The notes beneath the pieces are model-generated. The model saw only the letters and a program-made list of their open reading frames with translations. It searched no databases and was not told the origin of the DNA. This document shows positions 59,698 through 64,000 of a stretch of 64,000 nucleotides of DNA, piece after piece; position 1 is the first letter of the stretch; each line of letters opens with the position of its first letter. Position numbers and translations under genes: made by a program. The DNA comes from an uncultured delta proteobacterium. GTDB taxonomy: Bacteria; Myxococcota; Kuafuiibacteriia; Kuafuiibacteriales; Kuafuiibacteriaceae. Where the stretch lies: positions 1,152,001 to 1,216,000 of the forward strand of contig CAWDML010000001.1 in assembly GCA_963803435.1 (NCBI GenBank), written 5' to 3'.

Positions 59698-61311
59698 TCA
59701 GTCCCCGTCGTCGTCCTCGTCGTCCTCGTCCCCGGTGACGCCGGTCGCCTTCATCAGGTCCTCGATCGACTGGACCTTGGTGGAGGTATCGACGGGGCCT
59801 CCGGGGATCGGGCTGGCGAGGACCACGGGCTCGGCGCCCAGGAACGAGCCGCCGGCCACCAGCCGGGGGAGACCGCCGGCGATGGGCTCGATCCACGTGA
59901 TCAGCGTCAGGCCGATCAGCATGAGGCCGGTGAACACGGCGACGGAGCGGATCACGAAGCCGATCGGTCGCTTGAAGAGCGAGGCCGAGACAAAGAGGTT
60001 GAGGCCGATCGGAGGGGTCAGATAACCGATCTCCAGGTTCACCACGAAGATGATGCCGAGGTGGATGGGATCGATGTGGAAGCTGTGGGCGAGCGGCGCC
60101 ACCAGCGGTGCCACGATCAGGATGGCGCTGATGATGTCCATGAAGCAGCCGATCATCAGGAGGAAGAGATTGACCGCCACCAGGAAGCGGGTGCGATCGA
60201 GGTCGAGCCCGGTCATCCAGGCGACCGCCGCGTCCGGGATCTGCTGATCGACCAGGAAGTGGTTGAGCGCGAAGCTCATGATCAGGATGCCGAGCAGCGA
60301 CCCGAGCAGGACGGCGGACTCCCACAGGAGGGGCGGAATCTTCGCGAAGGTCAGCTCGCGGTGGACGAACAGCTCGATCACGAGCGCATAGACGACCGCC
60401 ACCGCGGCCGCCTCGGTGGGCGTGAAGAAGCCGCTGGGACCGAACAGCGGATAGATACCGCCCAGCACGATCACAGGGAGGAGCAGCGCCCAGAAGCCCT
60501 GGGCGAAGCTTTTGGCGATGCGCCGGAGCGACGGCGGCCGCAGCGCACGCCAGGAGAAGTCAGGTCGGGTGGCGCCGTGCTGGACCGCGTACAGGATCAG
60601 CAGGCCGCCGATCAGGAGGCCGGGGAGCAGGCCGGCGATGAACAGGTCGGCCACGTTCACACTCATCACGCCGCCCACTACGATCGCGTAGATGATCATC
60701 GGGATGCTGGGCGGAATGAGGATGCCGAGCGAGCCGGAGGTCGTGACCAGACCGCAGGAGAATTGCTCGGAGTAGCCGTGCTTCACCAGCGCGGGGAACA
60801 TGATGCTGCCGATGGCGATCACGGTGACCGGCGAGCTGCCGGAGATCGCCGCGAAGAACATGCACGAGAGCACGGCGGCCGCGCCCAGACCGCCGGGCAG
60901 CCAGCCGATCAGGGCGTCCGCGAAGTCGACGATGCGGCGCGCGATGCCACCGTTGGTCATCACCGAGCCGGCCACCACAAAGAAGGGGATGGCGAGGAGG
61001 ACGTTCTTGTCGGTGAGGCCGAAGATCTTCTCGATGATCAGCTGATAGCTGCCGAAGTCCCGGTACTCGGTGGCGATGAAGTAGAAGCAGACCAGCGTGA
61101 CCAGCCCGATCGTGACGAACAGCGGCGTCCCCAGGACCAGGAGGAGCAGGATGGTCCCGAGGACCAGGAACGCGCTCGGCGAGACCGTGAGGTACAGCGC
61201 GAGCGCCAGCACCGCGAAGGTCGCGGAGGCGATCCGGCGCCGCGAGAACGCCAGCGTCCCTGCGGCGATCAGCGCGATCAGGAGCAGCGGATCGAAGACG
61301 GCGAGCGTCAC
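59698..61311 (-). CDS. dctM: TRAP transporter large permease
   Basis: LLAIPFFV, FAAISGSS, GSLGILIPPSIP, FTPTEAAAV, EIGYLTPPIGLNLFV. Confidence 0.93.
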   Translation of the reverse strand: MTLAVFDPLLLIALIAAGTLAFSRRRIASATFAVLALALYLTVSPSAFLVLGTILLLLVLGTPLFVTIGLVTLVCFYFIATEYRDFGSYQLIIEKIFGLTDKNVLLAIPFFVVAGSVMTNGGIARRIVDFADALIGWLPGGLGAAAVLSCMFFAAISGSSPVTVIAIGSIMFPALVKHGYSEQFSCGLVTTSGSLGILIPPSIPMIIYAIVVGGVMSVNVADLFIAGLLPGLLIGGLLILYAVQHGATRPDFSWRALRPPSLRRIAKSFAQGFWALLLPVIVLGGIYPLFGPSGFFTPTEAAAVAVVYALVIELFVHRELTFAKIPPLLWESAVLLGSLLGILIMSFALNHFLVDQQIPDAAVAWMTGLDLDRTRFLVAVNLFLLMIGCFMDIISAILIVAPLVAPLAHSFHIDPIHLGIIFVVNLEIGYLTPPIGLNLFVSASLFKRPIGFVIRSVAVFTGLMLIGLTLITWIEPIAGGLPRLVAGGSFLGAEPVVLASPIPGGPVDTSTKVQSIEDLMKATGVTGDEDDEDDDGD

Positions 61312-62141
61312 GGCTTCGCCTCCAGCTCACCGCCTCCGACCGAGGTCAGCAGATCGACCGGCTTGCTCCCGTAGATCGTCACTGCCAGAAACCGGGCCGA
61401 GGTGAGGCCGAAGCCGATCGGGATGGGCAGCGTCGCCACCCAGTATGGGATCGGGATCGACTCGAACAGGAACGAGCGGCCGCCCGATCCGCTCCAGTCG
61501 ATCCAGTTCTTGCGGCAGTAGAGAACCGCGAGCGTGGTCAGGAACGCGGAGAGCACCACGGTGATCACGCCGGCGGTGATCTCGAAGAGGCGCTGGAGGC
61601 GGTCGGGGACGATCCGCTTCACCGCGTCGACCGCGATGTGCCGGCCCTCGCGGGTGGCCATCGACGATCCGATCATCCCCACCCAGAGGAGCAGGACCAT
61701 CGCCAGCGTCTGCGACCAACCGAAGCCATTGGGCGCCGAATAGACGGCGAAGCACGCCAGCGCCATCAGAGCGTAGACGGCGAGCCCGCCGGCGGCGCGG
61801 CGGAGCACTCCACCCGGGCGCTGGGCGGTGAACGCGCCGATCATCGTGAGGACGAAGATCGCGAGCGGAAGCGTCCAAACCGAACGGCCCTCCAGCGAGT
61901 GGCCGGTCCGCCAGACCACGTCGACGAAGACCGCCAGCGACATGACCAGGAGCGACACCGCCACCACCGCGCGCTCGCCGGACGAGATCAAGTCGTCGAG
62001 GTCGGAGAGACCTCGCCGGACCCCGCGGGCGCGCGCGATCGAGGCGCCGCAGACGACCGCGATCCAGGCGGCGCCGTACGCGCCCGAGATGATCGATCCG
62101 AACGAGAGGAGAAGCAGCGCGCCGGCGAGGGACCGCAGCAC
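61308..62141 (-). CDS. dctQ: TRAP transporter small permease (extended)
   Basis: WSQTLA..LLLWVGMIGSSMATREGRHIAVD; multiple TMs; lies between dctP and dctM. Confidence 0.8.
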   Translation of the reverse strand: MLRSLAGALLLLSFGSIISGAYGAAWIAVVCGASIARARGVRRGLSDLDDLISSGERAVVAVSLLVMSLAVFVDVVWRTGHSLEGRSVWTLPLAIFVLTMIGAFTAQRPGGVLRRAAGGLAVYALMALACFAVYSAPNGFGWSQTLAMVLLLWVGMIGSSMATREGRHIAVDAVKRIVPDRLQRLFEITAGVITVVLSAFLTTLAVLYCRKNWIDWSGSGGRSFLFESIPIPYWVATLPIPIGFGLTSARFLAVTIYGSKPVDLLTSVGGGELEAKP

Positions 62142-63161
62142 TCAGCCCTTCGTTCGCTTGGCGAACTCTGCCTTCCCCTGGAGGATGGCGTCGAACAGCG
62201 GACGGCCTTCCTTGCTCGCCTTCTTGCGGTAGGTCTCGAAGATGTTCTTGGTCGCCGCCGCCATCTCCTTCTTGAGCTCGGGGCTGGCCTGACAGACCTC
62301 GATCTTCGACTTGGTGAAGTTGTCGATCAGCCCCTGCCGGATCGCGCGGATGCCCTTGCGGCTGAATGCGGTGTCGTCATCGGCGCCGTCGAGGAGCACC
62401 TTCTGGATCTCCTTGGGCTGCTGATCGAACCACTTCTTCGAGTAGAGGATCACCGCCGGCTGATAGATGTGATCGGTGACGGTGAAATGACTGATGCCCT
62501 GGTACCAGCTGGTGGCGAACGCGAAGATGGGCGTGTTGGAGAAGCCGTCGACGATGCCCTGCTGCAGCGCGGGGAGCACCTCGGGGACCGCCATCGGCAC
62601 CGGGTTGGCGCCCAGCGCGGTGAAGGTGTCGAGGTGGATGCGGGCCTCCTGGCTGCGGACCTTCTTCCCCTTCAGGTCGGCGAGCGTCTTGACGCAGCGA
62701 TCCTTGAGGGCCAGGCCGTGCCATCCGTTCTCGGAGAACTGGAAGAAGACGAAGCCGTGGGAGGCGAGGAGCTTCTGGACGATCGGGCGTGCGTAGTTGT
62801 CGAGGACGAAGTCCGCCTCCTCGTCTGAGCTGAACAAGAACGGCGACTCGAGCACGTACAGCTCGGGGATGACGGTGGCGACCGCCGCGGTCGATCCGCC
62901 GAACATCTGGATGCGGCCCTCGCGGGTCTCGCGCACCATCTCTTTCTCACCGCCGAGGCGGCCCCCAAAGTAGAGCTTCAGCTTGAGCTGGTCGGCGGAG
63001 GCCTTCTTGAAGCGCGTCCGGATCCGCTTCATCAGCTCCGACCACGGGGTCCCCTCCGGGGCCACCGTGCCGACCTTCACCACGATCCGATCGTCGCCGG
63101 CGCGGGCGGGCGGTCCGGCCAGCACGCCGAGCAAGAGCACCAGGAGCGCGTATCGCCTCAT
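62142..63161 (-). CDS. dctP: TRAP substrate-binding protein (TatP/DctP)
   Basis: KVGTVAPEGTPW, GGRLGGEKEMV, DLKGKKVRSQE, EVLPALQQGIVDG. Confidence 0.92.
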   Translation of the reverse strand: MRRYALLVLLLGVLAGPPARAGDDRIVVKVGTVAPEGTPWSELMKRIRTRFKKASADQLKLKLYFGGRLGGEKEMVRETREGRIQMFGGSTAAVATVIPELYVLESPFLFSSDEEADFVLDNYARPIVQKLLASHGFVFFQFSENGWHGLALKDRCVKTLADLKGKKVRSQEARIHLDTFTALGANPVPMAVPEVLPALQQGIVDGFSNTPIFAFATSWYQGISHFTVTDHIYQPAVILYSKKWFDQQPKEIQKVLLDGADDDTAFSRKGIRAIRQGLIDNFTKSKIEVCQASPELKKEMAAATKNIFETYRKKASKEGRPLFDAILQGKAEFAKRTKG

Positions 63162-64000
63162 CAGAAGACCTCGTCGATCTCGTCGAGGAGCTTCTGGGCG
63201 CGGCGCTTGGCGGCGCGATTCTCCGGAGCGATGTCCGGGTTGTCGCCGTCCTCCGAGTGGAGCACCTCGTCGAGGAGCTTCTTGTAGAGCTCTTCGTCGT
63301 CGAGCTCCACCGCCAGGAACTCGGCCTCGAGCACCTTGTTGCCGAGGTACTCGGGCGCCTGCTCGAGCGCGGCGGTGAAGTGCGCCTTCGACTTTTCGAG
63401 ATCCTTTCCGGCGATCGAGGGGAGGATCGAGTAGAAGCCGCCCAAGTATCGATCGGCCGCGCCGTAGAAGTAGCGCGGATCGAGCTTCTGCACCGTCTCC
63501 ATCGCCGCCTTGATCTTGTCTTTGTAGTAGAGCCGGGTGGAGAGGCCCTTCTTGGTGGCGAAGCGGCCGAGGTTCGCGCAGTACCAGTACGCGGCCGGCA
63601 CGCCCTTGGGGCTGATCTTCCTGATCGCGTCCTCGAACTCGCCGCCGCCGCGCATCGTCGACTCGAAGCCCGGCTCCATGACGAGCAGCGCCTGCTCACC
63701 GTAGTTGACGCCCTTCGTGTAGACGGCGAGGAGCTCCTCCTCGCTCACCTTGGGATCGAACGTGAGGTGGCCGTCGGCCAGGAAGAAGGTGGCGCGGGAG
63801 AGCCAGACGTACGCTTCGGCCTGGCTCGCGTCGGACTTGGCCAGCGCCTCCCACTTCGCGATCGCCGCCTCGAGGTCGGCCCGCGAGTCGCGCTTCGCCC
63901 AGAGGCCCTCGGCCTCGGCCATCAGCGCGGAGGACGCTGCCGACGAGGTGGTGGTGCCCTGCACCGACTTCTCCGTCTCCCAGGCCGCCTGTCTGCCGGC
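63161..64000 (-). CDS. TRAP-associated TatT (TPAT T component), TPR-like; 5' end outside the window
   Basis: LDPRYFYGAADRYLGGFYSILPSIAGKDLEKSKAHF, PENRAAKRRAQKLL; frame is open to the window edge; directly upstream of dctP. Confidence 0.8.
   Translation of the reverse strand, partial: AGRQAAWETEKSVQGTTTSSAASSALMAEAEGLWAKRDSRADLEAAIAKWEALAKSDASQAEAYVWLSRATFFLADGHLTFDPKVSEEELLAVYTKGVNYGEQALLVMEPGFESTMRGGGEFEDAIRKISPKGVPAAYWYCANLGRFATKKGLSTRLYYKDKIKAAMETVQKLDPRYFYGAADRYLGGFYSILPSIAGKDLEKSKAHFTAALEQAPEYLGNKVLEAEFLAVELDDEELYKKLLDEVLHSEDGDNPDIAPENRAAKRRAQKLLDEIDEVF

Overview
High-GC bacterial chromosomal window. Gene content (FHA-domain signalling proteins, a Tad/CpaF ATPase with an N-terminal FHA domain, many Cys-rich lipoproteins, an FHA-hybrid kinase) points to a myxobacterium (Myxococcota); this assignment is inferred. 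About 50 CDS are supported. Housekeeping and repair genes include ppdK, hisS, mutS, an AmiC-type amidase, an MltD-type lytic transglycosylase, imuA behind a LexA-like box, a LigC/Prim-Pol pair, an Fe3+-type ABC transporter and a TPAT (TatT-TRAP) transporter. No rRNA, tRNA or CRISPR array was seen. The most notable observations are: (1) a ~2 kb mobile element at 49910-51888, bounded by ~65-bp inverted repeats and a CTAG target duplication, carrying a four-helix-bundle gene and a disrupted IS1182-type transposase; (2) an accessory stretch at 26-35 kb with GH25, C39-like and Tlde1-like proteins and a degenerate AHCY-like protein, possibly predation effectors; (3) a Kil-like FHA-CpaF protein with a destroyed Walker A motif; (4) a tandem glycine-zipper pair; (5) a histone-H1-like/receiver-domain fusion; (6) five frameshifts that are all the same GATC->GAATC insertion, suggesting methylation-linked base-calling errors rather than real pseudogenes. 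All product calls come from motif recognition by eye; no database search was run.
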